Source: Candidatus Omnitrophota bacterium (GTDB lineage Bacteria; Omnitrophota; Gorgyraeia; Duberdicusellales; 4484-171). From it: a DNA stretch of 64,000 nucleotides. The stretch is taken from the NCBI GenBank assembly GCA_003154195.1, contig PMCS01000008.1:15366-79365 (forward strand), written 5' to 3'. The stretch's first letter is position 1, and every line of letters begins with the position of its first letter. This document shows positions 49,958 to 59,423 of this stretch, one piece after another. A program made the position numbers and the translations under genes. Below the pieces are notes generated by a model. It ran no database searches, was not told the origin of the DNA, and saw only the letters and a list, made by a program, of their open reading frames with translations.

Positions 49958-50540
49958 GTTCCGGTTTTCCCTCCCATAAAGTTATCCCTTTTTTTATTTG
50001 TTCAAAAAAATGCTTATCGTCTTTGCGCGAACTAACCATTTCCAAAGGATCATAAATGACGGCGTTGATATAATTATCCGCGTGGTTAAATTTAGCGATA
50101 ATTTTCTCGACAGCTTCTTTCTCGTCGGTTTTTACAAACAAATCAATGTCGCTGCGGCTGGTGTTTTCTCCGCGGGCGCAACTGCCGAATAACGTTATTT
50201 GATAAGAATAGGGTTTAAGTTTTTTTAAAAGCGGCTGCAAGGAAAGAAAATTTTCGAACATCTTGAAGTGTTTCAAAAGCGGGCTGTCTTCGTTGACTTT
50301 ATATAGAAATAGATTTCCCCGGGGCGTCCGGTTAACAACCTCCAGTTCCAGGAGAAGCCGCAACGCCTGATTGGTCGCGCCTTTGCTTGTAGAAACCGCC
50401 TTAGATATCTCCGATGCCGAAAAATTATCGGCGGAATTCAAAGCGAAAAAAGATAAAATCTTTAACGGCACGGGGTTATACAGAATATCCTTTAAGTTAT
50501 GGGTTTTGCTATCGTTCATTGCATTATCCTCATCGTCCAT
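49947..50540 (-). CDS. wHTH plus minimal nucleotidyltransferase (MNT) antitoxin-type protein
   Basis: NT motif LFGSCARGENTSRSDIDLFV, i.e. GS-x9-13-D-x-D. Confidence 0.7.
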   Translation of the reverse strand: MDDEDNAMNDSKTHNLKDILYNPVPLKILSFFALNSADNFSASEISKAVSTSKGATNQALRLLLELEVVNRTPRGNLFLYKVNEDSPLLKHFKMFENFLSLQPLLKKLKPYSYQITLFGSCARGENTSRSDIDLFVKTDEKEAVEKIIAKFNHADNYINAVIYDPLEMVSSRKDDKHFFEQIKKGITLWEGKPEHEE

Positions 50541-50720
50541 TATAATGAACGATAGACTTGTGTCAACTATTATATCAGAAAGGTAAGCTTGGGCAGAGGT
50601 TTAACTTGGTGGAATAGTAAGAGAAATAATCAAATAATTATTTATTCTATAACGATAATCAGCCGCCTAAGCCGCCTGCGGCCAAATTGTGCCGCGGTTC
50701 AGGTCGGCTGGATTTTATGT

Positions 50721-51386
50721 TTAAGTTTTTGGTATAAAATCATGCCAATCAGGCCCAATGCATTTTTTAATATCGAAATCCAGTCGTGATTTTGGCCAAT
50801 ATCTTGAAATTAAATTCTCGTAAGTTTCTGTTACAGACCAACGTGGCAAAACTGACGTTTCTCCGTGCGAAGTAAGCGTGGCGGCATTGACGCAAAATCT
50901 ATTTTGTTGAAAGCAAACATTATTCATAACTGATTGTTCAAGGGTACCAAAATTATCATTGTCGTATGGATCTGTTGGCGCAAAATGTGCTGAAACTTTA
51001 TTGCGCCATTTCTTCAGTTCTGGAATGACAGACTCGACGTAAGAATTGCATTCAGTTTTAATTTTGTTCTTATTATTAACAATGTCTAATGTTGTCCAAG
51101 AGTTGGTATTGAGTGTTTTTATTAGCCCTACTAGTCTTACAAAATTTACCATTGATGTGCTAAACCAGTGGAATGTGCATGGAATTATTGGATCCATTTT
51201 TGCGAATATTTCAAAAACTTTAACATTTGGATTGGGCGGCGTTTTTTTACCTTCTTCAATTTTGATTATTAAAGCCAATCGAAATAACCCATGAGGCATG
51301 AAATTGAGAGCATGGGGATTCTTTATTGGAAGATTTTTAAGATCTACCGTTATGTTATCAATGCAGTCTATTGTGATTTTGTTCAT
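50721..51386 (-). CDS. Hypothetical protein in an AT-rich islet; possible HEPN-like R-x5-H motif
   Basis: 221 aa. Local composition is much more AT-rich than the flanking genes. KWRNKVSAHF contains R-x5-H. No other recognised motif. Confidence 0.3.
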   Translation of the reverse strand: MNKITIDCIDNITVDLKNLPIKNPHALNFMPHGLFRLALIIKIEEGKKTPPNPNVKVFEIFAKMDPIIPCTFHWFSTSMVNFVRLVGLIKTLNTNSWTTLDIVNNKNKIKTECNSYVESVIPELKKWRNKVSAHFAPTDPYDNDNFGTLEQSVMNNVCFQQNRFCVNAATLTSHGETSVLPRWSVTETYENLISRYWPKSRLDFDIKKCIGPDWHDFIPKT

Positions 51387-51656
51387 ATTTATTAACTTAA
51401 CAATTAATATACGACAGTCCTATTTGTTAATATTATTTGAAATTTTTTCGCCAGAGAAGCGTCTTTTAGCTAATAATAGCTCAAAAACACCAAAAATCAA
51501 AGGATTTCTACCGGCTTATGTCGTCTTTGCTATGTAATGTAATGATATACGGCAGTCGTATATTGTGGGGTTTTTGGCAAAATTATGGGAATCGGATATA
51601 AAATAACATTTTTGCCGTAATTTCTCGGGTTCTCGGAATAAGCGGAAAATCCTTCC

Positions 51657-52400
51657 TTAATAATTGACCTTTTGCAGGTAAAGACCACTGGCCGGCGCCG
51701 GCTCATTATGGTAAGGGACTTTACGAATGATTATACTTTTTGCCTGGGCTAAAGTTAATTTACCGGAACCGGTCTTAACCAAAAACGAAACAATGTTTCT
51801 TGCCATATTGTGCATGAAGCCATCAGCTTCGATATCAATGTAGACAAAAGTACCCTTATTTTTTATCGCGATATTTTTTATGTCCCTGACGCTGTTTTTA
51901 TAATTGTCCGGGTGTTTGGCAAAAAGAGAGAAATCCTGTTTACCGGCCAGCAATCTTGCCACGGCGCGCATCCGCTCGAGGTCCAGCGCCCGGCCCAAAT
52001 GCCAGCAAAAGTTATTCTGAAAAACCGAAGGGTCTTTTTTATTCAAAATAATATAGCGATAAATTTTTGATTTGACGTTGAAGCGGGCGTGAAAATCCGG
52101 GGGAACTTCCTTAACCTTTTTTACCCTGATATCTCCGGGCAAAAAAGTATTCAATGCCTGTTTTATATTTTTAAACGGGATACGCGAATCGGTTTTAAAA
52201 TTAATCGATTGTGCTTTCGCGTGCACCCCGCGGTCGGTGCGCGAGGAATAGATTATCCTGATTTTACGGTTAAACAGCTTCTCCAATGCCCGCTCAACCA
52301 TTTCCTGAACGGTAATCTCTCCGGCATGATTTTTATCCTGCAGCTGAAACCCGAAATAATTTGTCCCCACATACTCCAATTCGATAAAAATATTACGCAT
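51657..52400 (-). CDS. truA: tRNA pseudouridine(38-40) synthase
   Basis: IELEYVGTNYFGFQ and RTDRGVHA catalytic Asp motif. Confidence 0.9.
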   Translation of the reverse strand: MRNIFIELEYVGTNYFGFQLQDKNHAGEITVQEMVERALEKLFNRKIRIIYSSRTDRGVHAKAQSINFKTDSRIPFKNIKQALNTFLPGDIRVKKVKEVPPDFHARFNVKSKIYRYIILNKKDPSVFQNNFCWHLGRALDLERMRAVARLLAGKQDFSLFAKHPDNYKNSVRDIKNIAIKNKGTFVYIDIEADGFMHNMARNIVSFLVKTGSGKLTLAQAKSIIIRKVPYHNEPAPASGLYLQKVNY

Positions 52401-52555
52401 ACAATAGGATTATAACAGAAAGGCGCATTTTGTCATTTTAACAAAATGCGCCTTTTTTGTTTAAGAATCTATTTTTATTATCTTTACGCACCAAACGCAT
52501 TTCCCCGATGCGTTTGGTAATTAAATTATTTTTGCCGGAGTATTACCGGCAAAAA

Positions 52556-53584
52556 TCATTTACCGATTAATTTTTCGGCAATCTGCACCGCATTGGTTGC
52601 CGCGCCTTTACGCAGATTGTCCGCTACCACCCAAAGCCAGAGGCCGTTTTTGACAAAAGGATCCTTGCGAATTCTGCCCACAAACGTTTCATCCCTTCCT
52701 TCGATATCCTTAGGCATAGGGTAGAGAGCGTTCCTGGGGTCATCGATCACGACAATCCCCTTTGATTTAGCAAGTAAAGTTTTCACTTTTTGCGGCTCGA
52801 TCACGTCTCGGGTTTCGATATAAACCGATTCCGAATGGCCGGTCCTGACCGGAACGCGGACGGTAGTCGCGGAAATCTTTATTTTATTATCGTGCATAAT
52901 CTTATGCGATTCATTGATGACTTTCCACTCCTCGGAAGTATAATCAAAATCGCTGAAAGACCCGATATGGGGAAAAACGTTATAGCCCAATTGCTGGGGC
53001 ATAGATTTTTCCACGCCGTTCACCTGCAAGTTTTTACAGACACCCGCCAGAATAGCCTCGTTTTCCTTGTTAAGCTGCTCGATCGCGCTGCGGCCGGCGC
53101 CGCTCGACGCCTGCAACGTCGTAACGATAACTCTTTTAAGGCCGGCTTTTTTATAAATCGGCCATAAAGCAACGACGAGCTGTATCGTCGAACAGTTGGG
53201 ATTGGCAATAATCCCCTGGTGCTTCTTGATATCATTGCTATTTACCTCCGGCACAACCAGCGGCACATCGTCCCGCATCCGGAAATCAGCGCCGTTATCG
53301 ATAACCACCCCGCCGCGCTTAACCACCTCGGAAGCAAAAGTCACTGCCGCGCCCTTATCGCCTTCAGTCCCGGCGAATAAAGCGATGTCCACGCCGTCGA
53401 AGCTCTCCGGAATAGTCTCTTTAACTTGATAGACTATCCCATCAACATTGATCTCGCGGCTACGGCGGGCTAAAACTTTTAATTCGGCTATGGGAAATTT
53501 ACGGCGGCGCAATACCCGCAGCATCTCTTCGCCGACCGCGCCGACGCCCACTACCGCTACGTTATATTTATCTTTTTTTCGCAT
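52556..53584 (-). CDS. asd: Aspartate-semialdehyde dehydrogenase
   Basis: VAVVGVGAVG and active-site NPNCST. Confidence 0.9.
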   Translation of the reverse strand: MRKKDKYNVAVVGVGAVGEEMLRVLRRRKFPIAELKVLARRSREINVDGIVYQVKETIPESFDGVDIALFAGTEGDKGAAVTFASEVVKRGGVVIDNGADFRMRDDVPLVVPEVNSNDIKKHQGIIANPNCSTIQLVVALWPIYKKAGLKRVIVTTLQASSGAGRSAIEQLNKENEAILAGVCKNLQVNGVEKSMPQQLGYNVFPHIGSFSDFDYTSEEWKVINESHKIMHDNKIKISATTVRVPVRTGHSESVYIETRDVIEPQKVKTLLAKSKGIVVIDDPRNALYPMPKDIEGRDETFVGRIRKDPFVKNGLWLWVVADNLRKGAATNAVQIAEKLIGK

Positions 53585-53606
53585 TTATCTTCCTCCGCAA
53601 AAATAT

Positions 53607-53688
53607 GTACGGGATGGGCTTGCCCCATCCCGTATAATAAATATTTACGCAACAAGCATAACGGGCGGGGACTAACCCCGCCCCTACA
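53607..53688. repeat. Intergenic palindromic element (gtacggg...cccctac family)
   Basis: gtacggg[atgggcttgccccat]cccgtataa ... taacggg[cggggactaaccccg]cccctacaa. Confidence 0.7.
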
Positions 53689-53700
53689 ATATTTTCTCTT

Positions 53701-54768
53701 CTATAAAAATTTTACCACTAAGTCGCCCACTTCCTGAGTAGAATAACCCATTTTACCCGCCGATAAACTTTCCATTTTTTCCACGACTGTTTTCTTTACC
53801 GAATCTTCTATTGCCTTTGCAGCTTTTTCCTCTCCCAAAAAATCCATCATCATGCCGCCGGCGCAGATAGCCGCCAGGGGATTAATAACATTTTTACCGG
53901 TATACTTCGGGGCACTGCCGCCAATCGGCTCAAACATCGAAACACCATGGGGATTGATGTTGCCCCCCGCGGCGATACCCATACCGCCCTGGATCATCGC
54001 GCCTAAATCGGTAATAATATCGCCGAACATATTGTCGGTGACGATGACATCAAACCATTCGGGGTTTTTCACCATCCACATACAAGTGGCGTCGACATGG
54101 GCATAATCGGTGGCGATATCGCTAAAATCAGCAGAAACCTTATAGAACGTCCTTTCCCATAAGTCAAAGGCAAAAGTCAATACGTTGGTTTTGCCGCAAA
54201 GAGTAACTTTCTTGCGCTTATTGCGCTTGCGGGCATATTCAAATGCAAAACGGCAGCATCGCTCAATTCCCTTATAGGAGTTTATGCTTTCCTGGATTGC
54301 CACCTCATACTCGGTTCCCTTACGTAAAAATCCGCCGGCGCCGCAATACAGGCCTTCGGTATTTTCCCGGACCACGGTAAAATCGATATCTCGCTCACTC
54401 TTATCTTTCAGCGGGCAATATTTCTTATCATATAGAACAACCGGGCGTAAATTGATATACTGGTCTAATTCGAAACGCAGCCTCAATAATATCCCTTTTT
54501 CTAAAATGCCGGGCTTTACCCTGGGGTCGCCAATCGCCCCCAGATAAATAGCGTCAAAACCTTTCAAATCTTCGATAAGCGATTCCGGCAGGATTTCTCC
54601 GGTTTTCAAAAACCTTTCCCCGCCGATATCAAACATAGTTTTTTCAATTTTGAAATCAAATTTCGAACTGGCCGCGTCTAAAACTTTCAGACCCTGCGCG
54701 ATTACTTCCGGCCCCGTGCCGTCTCCGCCGATGACTGCGATGTTATATGTTTTCATAGATTCCTCCAT
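53701..54768 (-). CDS. leuB: 3-isopropylmalate dehydrogenase
   Basis: IAVIGGDGTGPEV and the isocitrate/isopropylmalate dehydrogenase family. Adjacent to leuCD. Confidence 0.8.
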   Translation of the reverse strand: MEESMKTYNIAVIGGDGTGPEVIAQGLKVLDAASSKFDFKIEKTMFDIGGERFLKTGEILPESLIEDLKGFDAIYLGAIGDPRVKPGILEKGILLRLRFELDQYINLRPVVLYDKKYCPLKDKSERDIDFTVVRENTEGLYCGAGGFLRKGTEYEVAIQESINSYKGIERCCRFAFEYARKRNKRKKVTLCGKTNVLTFAFDLWERTFYKVSADFSDIATDYAHVDATCMWMVKNPEWFDVIVTDNMFGDIITDLGAMIQGGMGIAAGGNINPHGVSMFEPIGGSAPKYTGKNVINPLAAICAGGMMMDFLGEEKAAKAIEDSVKKTVVEKMESLSAGKMGYSTQEVGDLVVKFL

Positions 54769-54780
54769 ATTGGTTTGATT

Positions 54781-54888
54781 CGTTAAGCCTGCTATGCCAG
54801 TTTAGCCTGTTGAGCCCGTTTGGCCTGTTAGCACTGTTGATAATTTTAACGCTACAACGGGCACAACGGGCTAAACAGGCTCAACGTT
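54781..54888. repeat. Intergenic word-palindrome (cccgtt / gggctaaac words)
   Basis: gccagtttagcctgttgagcccgtttggcctg ... aacgggcacaacgggctaaacaggctcaacg. Confidence 0.7.
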
Positions 54889-55369
54889 TTTTATTTATTA
54901 TCCACTTAAGCAACCCGCCGCTTTCGACTATTTCGGTCATAAACGATGGAAATTTTTCGCTATTATAAGACTGGTTTTTTGTGATATTTTTTATCCGGCC
55001 GGCGGAAAGATCCACCTCAAGTTCATCCTTATCGCTGATTTTATCGCCGTCATTGCATACCAGGATAGGCAAACCGACATTTATGCAATTGCGGTAAAAA
55101 ATACGGGCAAAACTTTTGGCGATAACCAGGGAAATACCCGCACCCTTAAGGCTTACCGGGGCGTGCTCCCGCGATGAACCGCAGCCGAAATTAGTACCGG
55201 AAACAATGATATCGCCCTTGCTGACTCTTTTAATAAAATCAGGGTCGATGTTTTCCATGCATTTAGAACCCAAAAAACTATCATCCTGGGAATCTAAATA
55301 TCTTGCGGCGATAATATCGTCGGTATTGATGTTATCGCCAAATTTATGTGCGCGTCCTTTTAAAATCAT
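54881..55369 (-). CDS. leuD: 3-isopropylmalate dehydratase small subunit
   Basis: 162 aa LeuD/aconitase swivel domain, short archaeal-type. Confidence 0.85.
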   Translation of the reverse strand: MILKGRAHKFGDNINTDDIIAARYLDSQDDSFLGSKCMENIDPDFIKRVSKGDIIVSGTNFGCGSSREHAPVSLKGAGISLVIAKSFARIFYRNCINVGLPILVCNDGDKISDKDELEVDLSAGRIKNITKNQSYNSEKFPSFMTEIVESGGLLKWIINKKR

Positions 55370-55380
55370 AATTTTATTAT

Positions 55381-55499
55381 TTAGTTGAGCCGGTTGGGCC
55401 GGTTGGGCCGGTTAGAAAGTTGAAACACTACAACCGACTTAACCGGCTCAACTATCTCAACTGGCTAAACCGACTCAACCGGCTTAACCGGCTCAACGG
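55381..55499. repeat. Intergenic word-palindrome (gagccggtt / aaccggctc words)
   Basis: ttagttgagccggttgggccggttgggccggtta ... ttaaccggctcaactatctcaactggctaaaccgactcaaccggcttaaccggctcaacgg. Confidence 0.75.
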
Positions 55500-56764
55500 A
55501 TTTCATCCGGATGCGCAATCCTTCCCTTAATCGCGGACGCCGCCGCTACCGCCGGTGAACTAAGATAAACAAAACTTTCGGGACTTCCCATCCTGCCGAT
55601 AAAATTTCTATTGGTTGTAGCGATTGCCGTCTCGCCTTTATCCAGAATCCCCATATGGCCGCCCAGGCACGAGCCGCAGGTAGGCGAACTGACCGCGCAG
55701 CCGGCGGAAGCAAAAATTTTCAATAATCCTTCTTTCTCCGCCTGCAAGTAGACATCCGGCGTCGCCGGAATAACGACAACGCGTACGCCCCGAGCGATTG
55801 GTTTACCTTTTATGATTTTTGCCGCAATCTTTAAATCACCGATGCGGCCGTTGGTACAAGAACCTATAATCACCTGCTGAAGCTTAACCGCTTTTAACGC
55901 GCTTACCGGCCGGACATTAGCGGGTGAATGCGGACAAGCGACCTGCGGCTCCATATTGGTAACATCGATTTCAACGATCCGGCTGTATTTCGCATCCCGG
56001 TCGCTTTTAAGATTTTTTATATATGACACCGGTAATTTGATACCGGCGATTTTATTTAAATAGCTCAGGGTTATTTCATCCGGCGCAATGATACCGGCTT
56101 TTCCTCCCGCCTCGATGGCCATGTTAGACATCGCCAACCGGTCTTCCGCGCCGATTTTCTCAATCACCGGGCCGCAAAATTCCATTACTTGATAAAGCGC
56201 GCCGTCCACGCCGATCTTTCCGATAGTCGCCAATATTAAATCCTTGCCGCCGACCCATTTGCCGGGTTTTCCTTTATAAACAAACTTTATCGTTTGAGGA
56301 ACCTTAAGCCAGCAAAAACCGGTATACATGGCGGCGGATAGATCGGTGGACCCGACGCCGGTAGCAAATGCTCCCAATGCTCCACCGGTACAAGTATGCG
56401 AATCCGCTCCGACAACCAGATCGCCGGGCTTGACCAATCCCCTTTCCAGCAAGAACGCGTGCTCCACGCCGCAATGATTAATATCGTAAAAATGTTTTAT
56501 CCTAAATTTCCGCGAAAACTCTTTTAAAAATTTCGCGTTATTCGCGGCTTTCGCGTCACGCGCCGGTAAAAAATGGTCACAGACAAAACCGATTTTGCCC
56601 GGGTTGAATACGCTGTCGAATCCCGCCTTCAAAAATTCTTTAACCGCTAAAGGCGCGGTGATATCGTTGCCGAAACAAAAATCGACTTTAGCGTAAACAA
56701 AATCGCCGAGCTCTTTTTGCCCGCTGTGCTTAAGTAAAATTTTTTCCGCTATCGTTAAGCCCAT
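55493..56764 (-). CDS. leuC: 3-isopropylmalate dehydratase large subunit
   Basis: MGLTIAEKIL N-terminus and aconitase-family cluster cysteines. About 420 aa, archaeal type. Confidence 0.85.
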   Translation of the reverse strand: MGLTIAEKILLKHSGQKELGDFVYAKVDFCFGNDITAPLAVKEFLKAGFDSVFNPGKIGFVCDHFLPARDAKAANNAKFLKEFSRKFRIKHFYDINHCGVEHAFLLERGLVKPGDLVVGADSHTCTGGALGAFATGVGSTDLSAAMYTGFCWLKVPQTIKFVYKGKPGKWVGGKDLILATIGKIGVDGALYQVMEFCGPVIEKIGAEDRLAMSNMAIEAGGKAGIIAPDEITLSYLNKIAGIKLPVSYIKNLKSDRDAKYSRIVEIDVTNMEPQVACPHSPANVRPVSALKAVKLQQVIIGSCTNGRIGDLKIAAKIIKGKPIARGVRVVVIPATPDVYLQAEKEGLLKIFASAGCAVSSPTCGSCLGGHMGILDKGETAIATTNRNFIGRMGSPESFVYLSSPAVAAASAIKGRIAHPDEIR

Positions 56765-56962
56765 AATTATGTTTACACCGCAGATGATCGCTGATTAGAA
56801 GATGCGGATAATCACGGATGATTATTAAAAATTCAAAATCCAATAAGCTAAACAGTTCTGGTCATTGGAAAATAGAATTTGGGATTTGGGATTTGGTGTC
56901 GAGAATTTAACCATCTTATCAGCGATCATCAGCTGATTTTTAATCTGAGATCATCTGTGTTT
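56765..56962. repeat. Intergenic repeat built from gatcatc words (paralog of 35380-35440)
   Basis: gcagatgatcgctgattagaagatgcggataatc ... atcttatcagcgatcatcagctgatttttaatctgagatcatctgtg. Confidence 0.65.
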
Positions 56963-58193
56963 ATTTATATTCTTTCAGCAGGATTGTAGCGTTATGGCCG
57001 CCAAACCCCAAGGAGTTGGACAAAGCAATTTTTAAATCGAATTCAATTGCTTTATTGGGAACGTAATTTAAATCGCATTCGGGATCGGGGTTTTCATAAT
57101 TTATCGTGGGGGGAATAACCTTATTCTTGATCGCCATGCAACAAACAATCGCTTCAATCGCCCCGGCCGCGCCTAAGGTATGCCCCATCATTGACTTGGT
57201 AGAACTTATGTAAATATTTTTTGCGTTATCGCCGAAAACTCTCTTTATCGCCTTTGTCTCGATCTTATCATTTAACTCGGTGCTCGTGCCGTGCGCGTTG
57301 ATATAAACTTTTTCTCTCGGGGATACCTCCGCTTCCTCCAAAGCCAATTCTATTCCCTTCGCGGCCGAAATCGCCGTCGGGTCAGGCGCGGTGATATGAT
57401 ACGCGTCACACGTCGCGCCGAAACCGGCGAATTCCGCCCAAATTCGCGCGCCTCTTTTTAAGGCGTGTTCGAGTTCTTCAAAAACTAGTATACCGGCTCC
57501 TTCCGCCATGATGAAACCGTCTCTATCACGGTCAAACGGCCGGCAGGCTCTCGAAGGCTCGTCATTTCTAGTCGAAAGGGCCCGGGCGGAACAAAAACCC
57601 GCAACCCCTAAGGGTGTTATCGCCGCTTCGGTTCCGCCGCATACCATTATGTCGGCCTTGCCGGATTTTATCAGGCTATACGCCTCACAAACCGCATGGG
57701 CACCGGAAGCACAGGCAGTAACCGTACAAAAATTGATGCCTTTTAATCCAAATTGTATCGCCACCCATCCGGCCGCCTGGTTAGTAATCAGCATCGGGAT
57801 GAGAAACGGGGAAACCCGCGAAGGCCCTTTCCCTAAAAGAACCTTGTGCTCCCGTTCGATAATATCCATACAGCCGATACCCGAACCGATAACCACGCCG
57901 ATGCGAAAAGGATCAAGCTTAGCTAAATCAAGTTTGCTGTCCAGCAACGCTTCTTCGGCGGCTTTTAACGCGAATTGGATAAACCGCGGGGCACGACGAA
58001 CTTCTTTGGGGGAAAGAAACGCGGGCGGAACAAAATCATTAACTTCGCCGGCAATTCGGGAATCAAACCCGGCAGGGTCAAACTGAGTAATCGGACCGAT
58101 GCCGTTTTTACCCTTGATAAGAGAATCCCAAAACGCAACCTGTCCTGTACCTACGGAAGAAACAAGACCGCAGCCTGTTATAACTACCCGTCT
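56961..58193 (-). CDS. fabF: 3-oxoacyl-ACP synthase II
   Basis: Start taken at MKRRVVITG. KAS Cys-His-His triad context. The longer ORF would overlap acpP. Confidence 0.9.
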   Translation of the reverse strand, partial: RRVVITGCGLVSSVGTGQVAFWDSLIKGKNGIGPITQFDPAGFDSRIAGEVNDFVPPAFLSPKEVRRAPRFIQFALKAAEEALLDSKLDLAKLDPFRIGVVIGSGIGCMDIIEREHKVLLGKGPSRVSPFLIPMLITNQAAGWVAIQFGLKGINFCTVTACASGAHAVCEAYSLIKSGKADIMVCGGTEAAITPLGVAGFCSARALSTRNDEPSRACRPFDRDRDGFIMAEGAGILVFEELEHALKRGARIWAEFAGFGATCDAYHITAPDPTAISAAKGIELALEEAEVSPREKVYINAHGTSTELNDKIETKAIKRVFGDNAKNIYISSTKSMMGHTLGAAGAIEAIVCCMAIKNKVIPPTINYENPDPECDLNYVPNKAIEFDLKIALSNSLGFGGHNATILLKEYK

Positions 58194-58221
58194 TTTCATT
58201 AGAAGCTTACTCTCGCTTATT

Positions 58222-58458
58222 TTACTTTTTGGCCTTTGTTTCGATGTATTTAACCGCTTCACCGACGGTAGTTATTTTTTCCGCATCTTCATCGGGAATT
58301 TCTACGCCGAATTCCTCCTCCAGAGCCATCACCACTTCTACGGTATCAAGAGAATCGGCGCCTAAATCGTCAATAAAAGAGCTCTCTTGTTTTATTTCTT
58401 CTTTTTTCACGCCCAACTGCTCGGAAATAATATCCTTAACTCTGTCTTCAACGCTCAT
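58222..58458 (-). CDS. acpP: Acyl carrier protein
   Basis: Phosphopantetheine site LGADSLD. Confidence 0.9.
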   Translation of the reverse strand: MSVEDRVKDIISEQLGVKKEEIKQESSFIDDLGADSLDTVEVVMALEEEFGVEIPDEDAEKITTVGEAVKYIETKAKK

Positions 58459-58499
58459 TGATGACCTCCTTGTGTAATATGTTTCGTATTATCATATTC

Positions 58500-58566
58500 T
58501 TTACCATTGCAAATTGAACATTTACCATTTTAAAATGATACTTGTCCAATGTTAAATTTAAAATTA
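58500..58566. repeat. Core AT-rich hairpin repeat, copy 3 (truncated)
   Basis: attgcaaattgaacatttaccattttaaaatgatacttgtccaatgttaaatttaaaat. Confidence 0.65.
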
Positions 58567-58576
58567 TTATTAACCG

Positions 58577-59311
58577 TTATACCATTCCCCCGTCTACCAA
58601 TAATACCTGCCCCGTAATATAATCGGCGTCGCGGGATGCTAAAAACGCTACCGCATTTGCCACATCCACCGGCTCGCCTAATTTAGCCAGAGGAATCCTT
58701 TTCAGCATCTCCTCTTTTACTTTTTGGTCAAGCTTATCGGTCATCGCTGTTTTTATATATCCGGGAGCAACAGCGTTGACGTTAATATTCCTTGAGCCCA
58801 ACTCTTTTGCCAATGATTTAGTAATACCAATCAAGCCGGCTTTGGAAGCCGCGTAATTAACCTGACCGGCATTGCCCATCACTCCTATCACCGATGAAAT
58901 ATTGATAATCTTTCCGTAGCGCTGTTTAACCATATATTTGATAACCGCTTTCGCGCAGTTAAACGCGCCCTTCAGATTAACCGCGATAACCTTATCCCAA
59001 TCGCTTTCGCTCATTCTCAAGATAAGGCCGTCTCGCGTAATACCCGCATTGTTTACTAATATATCAACTCTCGTCCAGTTGTCAATAATTTTATTGATAT
59101 TTTTCTCGACTTCTCCCAGATTGGTAACATCAACCTTATAGCCCTCGGCCGCGGTAAGCTCTTTCAATTCGTTAACCGTGGCCGCCAGAATTTCATCATT
59201 AACGTCAAAAATGATTACTTTCGCCTTCTCTTTCGCGAATAAAAAAGCTATTTCTCTGCCGATTCCCTGGGCGCCGCCGGTAACCACGGCTACTTTATCC
59301 TGAAAGCGCAT
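58577..59311 (-). CDS. fabG: 3-oxoacyl-ACP reductase
   Basis: SDR motifs TGGAQGIG and YxxxK. Confidence 0.9.
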   Translation of the reverse strand: MRFQDKVAVVTGGAQGIGREIAFLFAKEKAKVIIFDVNDEILAATVNELKELTAAEGYKVDVTNLGEVEKNINKIIDNWTRVDILVNNAGITRDGLILRMSESDWDKVIAVNLKGAFNCAKAVIKYMVKQRYGKIINISSVIGVMGNAGQVNYAASKAGLIGITKSLAKELGSRNINVNAVAPGYIKTAMTDKLDQKVKEEMLKRIPLAKLGEPVDVANAVAFLASRDADYITGQVLLVDGGMV

Positions 59312-59321
59312 AATTTCTCCT

Positions 59322-59405
59322 TATTTTAAATTGAACATTGAGCATTTGTCATTTTAAATTTGTGAAAAACGATAAATGCTCAATGCCAAATGATAAATTT
59401 AAAAT
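59322..59405. repeat. Core AT-rich hairpin repeat, copy 4
   Basis: ttattttaaattgaacattgagcatttgtcattttaaatt...gataaatgctcaatgccaaatgataaatttaaaatg. Confidence 0.7.
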
Positions 59406-59423
59406 GAATCAATCTTTAGTTTA

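Noticed and set aside
50589-51537. Small plus-strand ORFs in the AT-rich islet (50589..50789, 51046..51294, 51298..51537)
   Set aside because: They overlap or abut the minus-strand 221-aa gene and its leader, and at 60-82 aa in AT-rich DNA they are likely chance ORFs.
56961-58262. Long form of the fabF ORF (433 aa) running into acpP
   Set aside because: KAS II homology starts at MKRRVVITG (58193). The extension overlaps the ACP gene in another frame and lacks homology.
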